From Camelus dromedarius (taxonomy: Eukaryota): a DNA stretch of 64,000 nucleotides. Positions 13,763-26,857 of this stretch are shown here, piece after piece (position 1 is the first letter of the stretch; the number at the start of each line of letters is the position of its first letter). The stretch is from positions 34,040,001 through 34,104,000 of the forward strand of contig NC_087437.1 of assembly GCF_036321535.1 (NCBI RefSeq), read 5' to 3'. The notes beneath the pieces were generated by a model. It was not told the DNA's origin. It saw nothing but the letters and a program-made list of their open reading frames with translations, and did not search any database. Both the position numbers and the translations under genes were made by a program.

Positions 13763-13881
13763 GCACAGAAGAATGAGAGAGAATCTATCCGACAGAAGTT
13801 GGCACTTGGCAGCTTCTTTGATGATGGCCCAGGAATTTATACCAGCTGTAGCAAAAGTGGGAAGCCAAGCCTTTCTTCCCG
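13763..13881 (+). CDS. SCHIP1: SCHIP1 internal coding exon ([40 protein letters not shown]), phase 0 start, phase 2 end
   Basis: Acceptor ttttattttcctgaaattttAG, donor CG|GTGAGT; 119 nt. Manual translation matches the recalled SCHIP1 sequence. Not in the ORF track. Confidence 0.96.
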
Positions 13882-14475
13882 GTGAGTGTTCTTTTGAGCT
13901 GATTTTCTGATATGTACCTAATGGATTTTGTCATCTGACTGTAAGTTTAATAAGAAATATCCTTTAAATCCTTGAGTATTTTCCCCCCATAATACTGCCG
14001 CCTTGATTTGGATACTAGACAGATCCCTCCCCAACTGTTTGTTGGGTTTTGTTTTTGGTTTTCAGTTTGGGGGATTTGGGGCCCATTTGCCCAGCTATTT
14101 GAGGTCAGATTTCTGTATTTCACTTTTTCCCTAGACACAGTTCTGATTTTGCGCTGTGCTGAGGGAAACAAGCTACACTCTTAAGCAAGCCCTGATGCTA
14201 GAGGAGTGTGGCAGACCACCAGATTTCCCATTAAGCAGTCCCAGGGCATCCAGCCTCACCCCTCTGATTCATCTGATTGCAGTGAAGACTGGTAGCTGAG
14301 AAATACAATCCCCACTTTGATCACTGAATGTTTATTACAGAGCTTAATCTGTCCTCCAGGTGGTTTTTCTTGATCTTAATTGATTCCAGGATATCATTGG
14401 TCATTTTGTGTAGCTTCTAATTCCAATTAAAATATATTAAAATTATAATTTTACCTAGAAAATAGGGCTGTAGAC

Positions 14476-14632
14476 CATAGCTTCGCAAATTTTAATGTGC
14501 ACATGAACCACCCAGGGATTTTGTTAAAATGCTGATTCTGATTCAATAGGTCTGGGTGGGGCTTAAGATTCTGTATTTCTAACAAGCTCCCAGCTGATGT
14601 CCATGCCACCAGTCCATAGGTCACACTTTGAT
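14476..14632. mobile_element. MER5A hAT-Charlie MITE
   Basis: tttgttaaaatgctgattctgattcaataggtctgggtggggc...ttctgtatttctaacaagctccca. Confidence 0.8.
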
Positions 14633-15497
14633 TAGGGAGGGTATAGACAGTCTGCAAAATTAGCTATTATAAATACAGGTATTCCAAATGAACAAGCACA
14701 TAGAACACTGCTTTAATGAAGATCTGTCATCATTCTCTTGATCCCTCCCCAAATGTCTGTGTCTTGCCTTGGGCTCTCTAAGAACAAATATCCCCTGTGT
14801 AAATACTTGGTATATTTGCCACATTAAGCGAAGCATGGGAGACAAATGATAAGCATTTATTCATGCATTAATTTGGCCAATAAATTTCCACTCTTACCTT
14901 CGTTTGAGGCCAGGAATTAGACACTTTAGTATTTTATCTGGCTACCAGTAAGCCTCATACTTCTCTCTGATCCTTATAGACTTATCTAAATCAGCAAAAA
15001 TCGGAAAGCACACACACGCTCACATACGCGCGTGTTTAGGAGGCACTGTGGGTGGGTTGGTGCCTTGGGCACGAGCTGTGGTTTGGCCATGCAGTATTGA
15101 GGCATGTCTTCCTCAGCTGGGTGTGGGTGCCAGCCCGTCTCAGGATTCCCTCACTCTTTGTCATGTGGACACCTTCCAGAGCTGGAAGGTCAGCCTTTCC
15201 CTGTGCCGTAGAAGAACCTCCTTCCCCTCCCAGGCGGATGTGACAGGAAGAGCTCCTGGAGACCTGAGTCAGTCCTAATCAGCTTCTAATTTTGAGACTT
15301 GAATAATTCACTTAGTTTTACCATTCCTCAGTTTCCTCATTTTTGTAAAATGAGAAGATTGGACTGTACAGTCTTAAAGATCTCTGCCACTGCTCTCTCC
15401 TGTTCCCCAAAGCACCACAAAGTCCTCTTCTAGAAACTCCATTTCTCTGCTCATCAGTGTCACATCCATCTGGTCCAAATGGGAGGTCTGTGTTTCA

Positions 15498-15501
<4 letters not shown>

Positions 15502-15548
<47 letters not shown>
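15502..15548. repeat. (TG)n microsatellite, about 23 units
   Basis: Perfect TG run. Confidence 0.95.
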
Positions 15549-15550
<2 letters not shown>

Positions 15551-17130
15551 TATATGGCTTATATGTGTGTGTATATTATATGTGTGTGTAAATTATATGG
15601 CTTTGAAAGTAAAGTAGAATTAATCTTAACTACAGAGTATATAATAGCAGCACAAAATAAAAGTAACAGTCTCTGGTCCCATCCCTTGCCATCCTCATCT
15701 CTCTCTCCAGAAATAACAGCCTTTAACTCCTTAGCTGTTTCTGCTGGCATTTATATCTCTGAGTAAAATGCTTACCTTCTTAGCTTTTACTTGTAAACCA
15801 TCTATTGACTACCAAGTGAAGAAAACTTGGATTTAACTCTCTTTTGCAGCTCTCCCACAGATGTATCTAAATACCTCCCCCCCTCCTCCCTGTATAATTA
15901 TTTCATAATTTGGGGTCATATAACTCTTCAGTCTTACATTACTAAGATCATAGATTATTCACGCTGAACCATGCAGTAAACTATGATTACCTGAAAAATT
16001 GTGGTGTTTGTTCTGAAATTTAAATGGCCCCATTTTCCCCTTTTTCAGTCCATGATTTTGACTGCTATTTTATATCCACTGTGTGAATGTGTCACAGTTT
16101 ATTTAACCACTCATCTGATGATAAGCATTGGGTTGCTTCAAAGGTTTTGATCTTATAAACAATACTGCTTATCCACGTTCTTGTATATGTCTTCTGCTGT
16201 CCATGCGCAAGTGTATCTTACTCCACTGAGGAGTGGAATTACTAGGAAAATACATGAATCTTCATATTTAGAAGATAATGCCAAACTGTTCTACAAAATA
16301 GTTGTGCAAGTTACACCCCTACCAGCAAAGTTTCAGACATCCTGTGGATCTGTAGACTTTCTAACACTTAATGTTATTGCCAGTTTCTTTTACATTTTAC
16401 TAATTGAATAGATATCAAATGGTATTTCATTGTGTTTATTAACCATCTCTGTTTCTCCTTCTGTGAAATGTCTATTTGGGTCTTATGTCCAGATTTCTAT
16501 TGGATTCTTTATGGTTTTTTAATTGACTTATTGAAATTCTTTAGTATGATACTAATCCTCAGTATGTTGTATTCATGCCAAACGTCTTCTCCCAGGTTGT
16601 AACTTGTCTTTTCACTCCTCAATGTGTCTTTTATGACCAGAAGTTCTTCATTTTAATATACTAATTTTTATCTAACTTTTATAGTCAATCCTTTCTGTGT
16701 CTTATATAAAAAATCTCCTACCCTAAGGTTCCAAAGACATTAACCTAGATTTCCTACTTTGAGTTAAAAGTGTTTGTTTGTTTGTTTGTTTTTTAAGTCT
16801 GTAATCACCAGGAGTTGGTTTCTGGATGCGGTATGGAGAAGTCTCATTTCATCTTTTTCCATATACTTGATTGTTTTTTCCATCATGTTTATTAAACAGT
16901 TCTCTTTTACTCAGTGACCTGACAGACCACTTCTGTATATACTGTACATTGATGTACATCAAGTTCAGCAAAATACTCTTGGGATTTTGACTATAGAATT
17001 GCATTGCATCTGTAGATAATTTAGGGGAGAATGACATTTTCACAATATTAAATCTTCTATCCATGAACATGCCCTGTCTCTCCTTTATCTTACTGAATAT
17101 TTCTTAATAACATTTTACAATTTTCCATTT

Positions 17131-17397
17131 TTTAACATTTTTTATTGATTTATAATCATTTTACAATGTGTCAAATTCCAGTGTAGAGCACAATTTTTCA
17201 GTTATACATAAACATATATATATTCATTGTCACATTTTTTTCTCTGTGAGCTACCATAAGATCCTGTGTATATTTCCCTGTGCTATACAGTATAATCCTG
17301 TTTATCTATTCTACAATTTTGAAATCCCATCTATCCCTTCCCGCCCTCCGCCCCCTTGGCAACCACAAGTTTGTATTCTATGTCTATGAGTCTATTG
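17131..17397 (-). mobile_element. Young 5'-truncated L1 3' end with perfect 15-bp TSD
   Basis: TSD tacaattttccattt at 17116-17130 and 17398-17412; closely similar to the L1 3' end at 51400-51690. Confidence 0.9.
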
Positions 17398-17759
17398 TAC
17401 AATTTTCCATTTAGAGATAGTGTATGTCTTTTGTTTTGTTTATTTCTAGATATTTGCTCTTCTGGTATTATCTTAAATTCTCTTTGATAATCCTTTCTTA
17501 CTGTCTCACTGCAACTTACTGTGTGTACTGGGCTTGTATCCAGCCACTTTGTTGTTATTATACCTATTATTTCTCTACTCTTCTATTATCTCTAAGAAAG
17601 TTGTCTGTACCTTCTTTGGGATTTTAAAACAATATCATCTACCAAAAAAATGGCAGCTTTTTTTTTTTATTCCTTTCTAATCCTCATACTTCTGATTTCT
17701 TTCTTTATTTTATTGCACCAATAAGTACCCTGGAATACTGAGGATTAAAAATGGTAGTA

Positions 17760-17953
17760 GTAACAAGGATCTACTGTATAGCACAGGGAACTATATTCAA
17801 TATCTTGTAATAACCTATAATGGAAAAGAATCTGAAGAAGAATATATACCTATATGTATATGTATAACTAAATCACTATGCTGTGCACCTGAAACTAACA
17901 CAACATTGTAAAGCAACTATATTTAAATTAATTAATTAATTAATTAATTAATT
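17760..17953 (+). mobile_element. 5'-truncated L1 3' end with (TTAA)n tail
   Basis: aacaaggatctactgtatagcacagggaactatattcaata; TSD-like aaatggYagta at 17749-17759 and 17954-17964. Confidence 0.85.
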
Positions 17954-20900
17954 AAATGGCAGTATCTGGAATCCCTAGCTCATTTCTCATAGTAAATGAA
18001 ATGCTTGTAATGTTTCTCCATTTATGATGTTAATTTTGTTTTCTTTACTGTTACTGTTTATAAGATTAACATTGTTCCCTTATATTCATAATTTACAGAG
18101 AATTTTTATCATGAATAGGTATTTAAAATTATCACATGCTTTTGCTGCATCTATTGAAATGATTATATGATTTACCCTATTAATCTATTAATGAGTTACA
18201 TTTATAGATTTTCAAAATATTAAACAACCCTTGCATACCTATTATAAACCAGAACTGGTTAGGGGTATTAATCTTTTTCAGACAGTATTGGATTTTATTT
18301 ACAATGTTTTATTTGCAATTTACAAAATACTTCTCATCCATCTGCATTGTGTCTTCCAGTTGTTTTTCAAACTCTTCTCTGTGCCGTTGTCTCCTTTAAC
18401 ATATTCTTTGTCCATGTAGGTTTATACCTTCTTTCTTTCTTTAATATTATTTTAGTAGGATTTCAAAAGAGAGAGTAGACCAATACCTGTATCTGATAGG
18501 CCATGTGTAAGTAGGAGTCTCATGGAGGTTTTCATTATTTTTAATAGCAGAAATACCTTTGCGAATAAAATCCTGGCAGAAATCATGTATGTAAAACAAA
18601 GCAGACCTCTGACTCTGAAGGAGAAGTCTGGGGTGACCCTGCCTGGAGAATGCCTCCCCCCAACCTTTCCCTTTAGTGCCGCTCTACTCCACCTCCAGTG
18701 CCCCTCACCATCCCTCCCCCATTGGCCCTCAGAGCCCACCTGAAACTCTTCTGGTGGGGAAGAATTTGAGAATCACTGAGTCATCCCCCCTCTTTGGAGG
18801 CACTGCTTTCTGAGCGCATATGTACTTCACAGTAGCTCATAACAAGCTACACTTGTTGACTCGCCATAAGGGAGATTATTTATATCCTGTTCTTTCAGAT
18901 GTTTTCATCTCCACACTCTGGGATGAGATCATCCTCTCGGAGAACACGATTACTTTCTGGATCCCCTTTAGGATGAGGTTAATAATGAGACAATGTTTCT
19001 AACAAATATCACTCTATCCCTGTAAATTTGAAGTCTGCAAAGACTGTCATTCTCCCTCCCCAGTCATCGTGCAGGAGAAAAGCCTTAGGAAATGTTCAGT
19101 TGCAATTGTGTAGCCTGTGTTCTTCATCCCTATTAGAATTAATGTTTTCTTAATGTATCTGAAATTCTTCACTGAGCTCGAAATACCTTACCTCTTTCTC
19201 GCTCAAGTACTTGAGGGATATTAGAAATCTGAGGTCACTGATGTGGCACTCCAAAATATGCCGAAGCACGTGTTGAATCAGTTAGATAATCAAAATAAGG
19301 TAAATATTAGATGAATTTACTATTTACAAGAGCTCAGTACTCAATTTTAAACAAGGCTGAGGACTTAAAATGAATTGGCCAAGCAATGGATTCTGAAGTG
19401 CTAAGCTGACTTTTAAGGCAGGGCCTCCCCAGTTAAGTGGGCTCCTCGGCAGAATAACGGAGTTCTATTTGTGCATTTTAAAGGATGTGCATTTACCTGT
19501 AAAACTTAACTTCATGCACATTATGTGAGAAATTGTAAAGTAGCGTGAGGGTCTTCTGGGAAGATGGGTTTAAGCTGCTCTTGGAGTGTTAAGTCCTTCT
19601 CAGTTGGCCTTTGGGTTTCAGCCCCACTGAATTTTTCTCCTTGGTGCTGTCTCCTAAAGCACTTTTTAAAAGAGTGACAAGCTGTTAAATGTAAGCTGGG
19701 CTTACAATAATCCCATAAAGGCACTTCATGCCCAACACTGCAGCAAAAGAATTTTTGATGTTGCTTCATAACTCAACTAATTAAATTTGACTTATACTGA
19801 AATGTGGCAAATTTAGGAAGCACTGTATTTTTCTTCTGAATTTGGTAATCCGCACATAATCAGCCTTTTCAAAATGAGCTTGTATGACCTTTGTCAGTGT
19901 TTTCTATTTGAAAATGTTTCAGCTAAAAGCTTAAAAGGAAATGAGAAAAATGAATGACCTATTTTTGAAATAAGGTTTCTAAGAAATATTCGATTTACTC
20001 ACGTTCTTGGGGAAAATAAATATGCCTTTTCTCTTACTACTAGTATAATACTTTTCCATGAAATAGTTTTCCATTGACCCAATTAATCTGGCATCAGCAT
20101 TCTATAGGATGCTGAGTTTAGAAAGCTTAGTGTTACTAAAGGAATGGAAACTGGCTTGGCTGCTAGAATACAGGACAGAGCTGTCATTAGTAATAGACAT
20201 CCAGGAAATCTTTTATTTTTCAAACATTACAACCTGATTTGACATTGTGGAGAAAACTTTTCCTGCCTTCTCCATTCTTCTTTTCTCGGAGTAACCACAA
20301 AATAAACCTGACCCTCACTTCTCTTATTCCCTTGCCCAAGATAGATTTTATTTACACGCATATAAAAAGAAATACAATCGAATACAGTCTATTCATAAAA
20401 TATGCAACGGGATGGTGTAACCTAGAAAAGGCTATACCCTTCTCTCCATATGTTGTGAAGATTGTGGAAAACATATTCCCCAGAGAGCTTCTGAGCCGCT
20501 GGTTTGAATAATGATCACTGTTTGCTTATCTCAGTCATTCCAACATCCCCAAGTCAAAACTCATTTCTTTCTTGTTCTTATAGGTTCATTGGTGAACGGC
20601 TGAGACAAGACCAATAATAGTTACCCCCACCTTCTTTTGTGTTTGGGCTGGGTCCCGGGGGCAGGGTTGGGGGAAGGTACCAGAGCCCAGAGAGTGGTAT
20701 CACCAGGACTGGTAACAGTGATCTAGAGAGCCTTTAAGGAAATTGAATTCATAGGAGTTTTGAATGTGAGGAGCTGAGAATCTGAATATATAATCTGCCA
20801 CAGAATCACAGGTCAAACCAGCATCATTTTGCCAGGAAAGTGAATCATCTTTTTGTCTCTAACAGTAATAACTTTTGCATAATTTCCTGGAAGAAGTAAG

Positions 20901-21911
20901 CGGAGTGGTGGTCATATATACCCAGCATGGGTGAGAAGAGGCTGTCCTGTTTCATCGCAATGAAATTAGCTTTCTTGGAGTAATAGGTGCATATTCCGGC
21001 AACCTATTTATAACATGCAACATGCCTTTTAAACTTCATATTAATCTCATACATGTGTACTATTACTTGCTTAGAAAACCTTTCATATGAGTAATTCCAA
21101 GGTATGTGTCATTGGAAATGGTAGTTTACAAATTCTTCTTTTTTACTATTTGATAAGTTAATTTACAGAAAAGCTGTCATTTTTTTATGCCCTCCTCCAA
21201 GAAGTACCTCCAATATTCTAAAATATTACACAATTTTAAAATTGAAGCAAAACTTGAGGAGTAATAAGATTAAAATGGCAAAACAAATTTAATTATGGAA
21301 GCAATTCTTCTCTTTTACAAACCTGAAAGCAAAGCAAATTGGTATTTGTTAAATTTTCTTTGTCTAATAAATAGCCTCACTTTACAATAATGCCAATGAC
21401 CCCAGTTTAATTAGGTGCAATTAATTTTGTGCAAGCGAAATTTGACATCTTGCTCGAGGCATAACCAGCTGTACTCTGTCTTATGAATTTTTTTATTATC
21501 ACCAATGAGAATTCAATTGTCAGAGCTATTGCGAAAGGGTGGGAGACAGGAAGAAAAAGGCCACAGGGCTGCATTTTATATTTAAAAATGACTCCAATGG
21601 ACAGCCAAATGTTTAATTAAAAGAACTTCTAGGAATGATTGTTTTCATCCGTGCATCTTATTTGACAAGTTGTCATGACTTTATTACCACAATTTGCACT
21701 CCCTTTGGACAGTGGTCCTACATATGTGTCTGGACACACACAGCTCATATGAAGACCAGCTCCTTTGAGAGGTGAAAAAAGCTCTCACTGCTACTAGAGA
21801 ACAGCCTCACTGACTGTAGGTGAGCTGTGTCATCTGGAGTTTATCCCAACCCTTTTGTTCAATGTTGTAAAATTTTCTGTGCCCCTCAGATTATTCTCAT
21901 TCAGATTATCA

Positions 21912-22110
21912 CATGCATTAACTACTATATACAAAATAGACAAACAACAAGGTCCTACTGTATAGCACAGGGAACTATATTCAGTGGCTTGTAATAACCT
22001 ATAATGAAAAAACATGGAAAAGAATATATATGTGTAACTGAATCACTATGCTGTATACAGAAATTAACACAACATTGCAAATCAACCATACTTCAATTGA
22101 AAAAAATAAG
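21912..22110 (+). mobile_element. L1 3'-end fragment
   Basis: aacaacaaggtcctactgtatagcacagggaactatattca...aaatcaaccatacttcaat followed by an A tail. Confidence 0.85.
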
Positions 22111-23964
22111 TAAATAACATGGGGAAAAAAACCCATGGAAAGTTACTTTGGAAAACCACTGCCAATTAAATGGTGACACATGCCTCCTTAACACTCAAAA
22201 TTTTTATTTTAGTTATTGAAATTAACTAAGTTATTGAAATAAATTTAGTTATTTATTTAGTAATTTTAGGCTTATTTGGATATACATTTTTATCCCAATG
22301 TGTCTTTTGGGCATAAAAAAGAAAGAAGAGAAAGTGAAATATGTTGGTTAAAGTCGTCCTAAACCCTCTTCATGTTCACAGTCCAGCTCTCCATTTAACC
22401 ACTTCCCCTCAGAGTTGTCCATCTTTGCTTTCCCCGCAGTGTCACCCTTGGTGCCATGAGGAGGTGCTGTGCAGCACCTTCCAAGCCACTGTCCCCTATT
22501 CTGCAAGTTTTGATGCTGGCGCCTTTTTGTTCATATCAGAGGTCATGAATGGTCCACTGCCAGAGCCCACCTCCTCCTCAGTGGTCCTTATCTCGTTCGT
22601 TGGCTCATGGGGTTACAGGTCAGCAGAGCAGTCATGCCACCAGCAGCCTGGGTGGCTGAGGTTGGGAGGCACATCCTGACTTTAAAGATGGCCACATATG
22701 AATATAACCACGAGTCACAGAATCATTGCAATTCAGTAAATCTCTGCATTCTTTTTAATGACTGCGTAGAATTTAAATGACCACAAACTAAATTGTGAAA
22801 CAGATTATCTTTGAACGAAACTGACTCTGGGAGCCCCAGCATTTTTTAAAACATGAACATAAAAAGTGGTGAAAGCAGTGAGTCAGTGTTCACGAGAGGG
22901 AAGGAATTTGCAATTAAGATTTTTCACCAGATCCAACCACACCCACACCCCTCAGAAACATCCACAGGCCCTGACTCTTCCACCACCACGTCTTTACCCC
23001 AGCCACGTGAACCTTGTCTCAGGTTGGGAAGGGGACAAGCGAGTTTCAGCTCCAGCAGTGGAAACTCATCAGCGGGTCTGGCAGATACAGGTGTAAACTC
23101 TGTCTGGTCTGGGTAGAATAAGTAGGCAGGCTGGCTTGGAAAATACAAACAGTTAAATGTATTATCAGTTACATTTGAGTCTATAATCTGTGCAGATCTG
23201 AAAAGGGGAATGAGATAGAGACTGGGCTGGGAAGATGTCAACAGTTGAATCAAAGAGTCCATCCCCAGAAATGTTCCCTTATAAGAGAATGTGTTTCTTA
23301 CTGCCTTCTCAGAGGATCTCCCACTGCCAGTACCCTGCCAGAAACAAAAGCCCAGCCTGACTCATATGTGAGTCACGATCCCTGCATAGACACTGTCTGA
23401 GTCAGACCCGCAGCAATCCTCTTCCAGCTGTCACACATTTAATCCTACTCACCTTTCTGCAACACACAAGCGCTAATCAACTTGCCCATTTTTCTGTCCT
23501 TTTCCTTTTTTAATTCCTGCTAAATGCCTACACGTGGCAACTCAGAGGCACTCAGAAAAATTTGAAGTCATCTGAATTTCTTCCACCAAAAAACATCTAG
23601 GTATATTTCCAGCCACTTTTTCTGTGCATATATCTTCATATTTTTGTTTAGAGTTGAACCCATGCTATACCTATTGTTTTTAGCTTGTTTGTTTTTGTTT
23701 ATCACTTAGCAGCACATGAGGAACATTGCCCATACTCGTAACTGTTCTATCATGTGTATTTTTACTAGCTGCGTAATGGTCCCTCATATATTTTGCCATA
23801 ATGTACTTAATCTCTTGTTGTTAGACGTTAGACATTGGAGTTGTTCCCAGTTTTTTGTTTTGTTTTTGTTTTGCTTTTTTTTCTTCCATTTCTTTTCTTC
23901 CTTTCAGAAATTTATTCTAACATTCTTAAAGTGCCCTGGCTTCTCAAGACACTCTCCTAGAATA

Positions 23965-24110
23965 AAATGCCAGCTTTGTGACCTTGTAAAATTTAACCTC
24001 CGAGCCTTAGATTTCTCCCATGTAAAATGGGGGTCATAATAGTTTATGTGTACCCAAGGATTAGAGGTAATATATGTGAAGTGCCCCCAACATAGCAGAT
24101 GCTCAAAAGT
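23965..24110 (+). mobile_element. MIR SINE fragment
   Basis: tgtgaccttg...tttaacctc...tttctcccatgtaaaatggggg. Confidence 0.65.
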
Positions 24111-25162
24111 GGGGAGTCTTTTTATTTCAGAATGTGGATTGCTTAGAAATCATTTGGCTTTAATTAAGATGAAAGCAGGCCACAACTGGCATCTGGGAGA
24201 GATGGCTGTTTATCATTATTCCAATATCAGAAGAGGCCTTATTTCTGGTCTTCAATTCATGCAGAAAATATTTCCAGTGAAAATGCATTTTTTAACATTA
24301 AGATCCTATAATTCCAAATTTAATTATGTAAGTGGTCATTAGTAAAGAAACTGGACACTGATGTGAAATTAGAACCAACAGCTGTCTGAGGAATGCAAGT
24401 ATTTATAGCTCCCTGGAGAATCGGGTGAGGCTGCAGGGGCTGCTGCTCCACCAGAGAAAAGCTGGTGAAGGCTGGGCCACTTTTCTCCCCTTTTCTTAAG
24501 CAGTGAAAAGGCTCTGTGGCCACGTGGAGTTGGCTGCCTACCAGCTCTCACATGAACGAGTACAGACAGAAGGTCCAGGACTAAACAAGCCTTAGAAAAG
24601 GGAGCAGAAGGAAAGGGTGTGCAGGAGGAGGAGAAGAAAACCCAGACAGGGCCGCTCACACTCAGCCGCCTTTGGAGCTGCCTTCCTCGGCTTTTGGTGG
24701 GGAAGCCAAAAGCCTGAGTCCTGTAGACGTGGGGCGGGGACAGGACATAGACGCGATACCCGCCTCTCCACCAGCCAGTCCCCTCTCTAACACATAGTTT
24801 GGAACGACCATTAACCTCTCTCGGCACGTAACTGCTGGAGGTCGGCTTTGCATCCCTCTTCTGCGTTTGTGCCCCCCCCCCCCCGCCGCCATGCGCCAGA
24901 CCTCCTTCTGCAGTTAGTTCCCCACTCATTCACTCTTCCTAATTAACATCTTACTTACGAGTCAATGTCCAGGTGAGTGAAAGTGTTCCTTTTCCCATAC
25001 ATAAGATAGACAGTGTCTAGCATTTTTTGAGTTCTCTTCCAGTGCTCTATATGGTCCACGTTTCTCTTTGTACGTTGTGGTTGAATGATCCAAGCATTTG
25101 GTATCTGTTAGAGGACCTAGTTTCTGTTTCTGGATCAACTACTACTGTGCATCCACTTAATA

Positions 25163-25325
25163 CAGGGGGCATGAACTATAAAGTGCCCCCAGGGGCCAGC
25201 AAGAAACGTAAAGGAATGAAGTAACCCAGAGAAAAAGCAATAGGTAGGACTGTAGTGAACTAGAGGGTGTTGTGCCCTGGCCAGAGGGGAGGCAGCGACT
25301 CAGCACTGGCTGATCGGTGCCGTGG
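25163..25325. mobile_element. hAT-Charlie (MER102-like) fragment
   Basis: cagggg...gtgcccccaggggccag...caataggtaggactgtagtgaactagag resembles a recalled hAT consensus. Confidence 0.45.
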
Positions 25326-25512
25326 GGCTGGTTTGCAGAGATGTTGTTGCCTGATCATCAAATGGATGGATGAATGAACAGTTAAGCATCCCCCTTCTCT
25401 CTAATATAGTTATAAAACTCATTTATCGTACTTTTGGGTGTGTGATGATGTATGTTAGACCAGCAATCTTTGTACCTGTTATATGAATATCACTTTTTTT
25501 TAAGTCAAATTA

Positions 25513-25950
25513 ACTCAGCCATAAAAAAGAACGAAATTTAGCCATCTGTAGCCACGTGGATGGACTTGGAGGGCATTATGCTAAGTGAAGTAAGCCAGAA
25601 AGAGAAAGACAAATACTGTATGATATCACTTATATGTGGAAGCTAGAAGACACAGCAAACTAGTGAATAGAACAGAAAAGAAGCAGACTCACAGATACAG
25701 AACCCAAGCTAGTGCTTACCACCTTTGACACCTAGGAGAGATGGCTGTGAGGAGAGGGAAGGGGGCGGGGCAGTACGGGAGTAGAGGAGTAAGCAGTACA
25801 AACTATTAGGTATAAAACAAGCCACAGGATATCACAGGGGACACAGCCAGTATTTCATAGCAACTATAAATGGAGTATAACCTTTAAAAATTGTGAATCA
25901 CTATATTGTACACCTGTAACTTACATCATATTGTACTATACTTCAATACA
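25513..25950 (+). mobile_element. L1 3' end (end of ORF2 plus 3' UTR)
   Basis: actcagccataaaaaagaacgaaat...tggatggacttggagggcattatgctaagtgaagtaagccaga...ctatacttcaata. Confidence 0.9.
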
Positions 25951-26857
25951 AATTTGTTTAACTTTACAAATTATCATCCCATGCATTACACACTCTTTAA
26001 CAACAGAAAGTTAACACAACCCACTAATGTAAAATAAGAAATAGCAGTGTATTTTCACAATAAATATTGGGAAGCAGAAACTTTGCCTTTCCTTTTGTAT
26101 TTTTAATGGTAATTCTGTAACTCTCACAGTAGATGTTAATATGAAATAGTCAGTAGGGGAGAGAAGAGTAAGGAGCAAGGTTTGGGAGATGGAAAAGGTA
26201 TTTTACAGTTTATTAAGGAGTAGCAGCACCTCATTTTAACTCACCTCAGCACAAGAGATACCATTACATGTGCTGTATATTAGAACTTAACCAAGCCCCA
26301 ACTGTTCCCAGTCTTTCTTCATGGCCATTCCTTTGAAAAATGAAATGTGTTTATAGCTACCGTTGGGTAATTACAACCCACATTTTATATTTCATCCTCT
26401 TTGAAATTCTCATGAAACAGAAAAAGATAATGGTATAAAATATGGGTGATGATATTCATTATGTAGAAAACCTTTGAATAATGCATCAAAGACCCATTAA
26501 AATAAATAGAAATAATAGATTTTAACAGCCCAGCCACAAACTAGTTAGGGATCCTGAGTAATGAATGGCATGGCTGGGCCAGGGGCTCTCACAGCCACAC
26601 TGGTTGTGGACAGATGATGAGGAAGGCACGTTTGAAATCCATAGGCATTTGGAAGTTCCCTCTCGCTCCGTGTCTGAAGGAAGCCATACGGTTGCCTTAA
26701 AATTAAGCAACTACAGGAGGAATATGCTGTTAAAATTATATTGCCATCACAGGCAAGATCTAATAAATCCAAACCTGAGATTAAGTGGAGTATAGGGTAA
26801 AGGCCACTGGACTAAAAAACCAGAGGGCCAGCCTGTAGTCTCTTGCTTTGTGACCTT

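Larger units (their letters stand above)
16050..18320 (-). mobile_element. Old L1M fragments (3' UTR and ORF2) carrying two younger nested L1 3' ends
   Basis: Antisense L1 hallmarks: tggtatttcattgt, ttgcattgcatctgtagataatttaggggagaatgacat, ttttgctgcatctattgaaatgatta. ORF 16849..17070(-) is ORF2-like (RFNIVKMS). Confidence 0.8.

Noticed and set aside
24369..24929. Longest ORF in the track (186 aa, - strand)
   Set aside because: Low complexity, antisense within a SCHIP1 intron, no recognisable domain.
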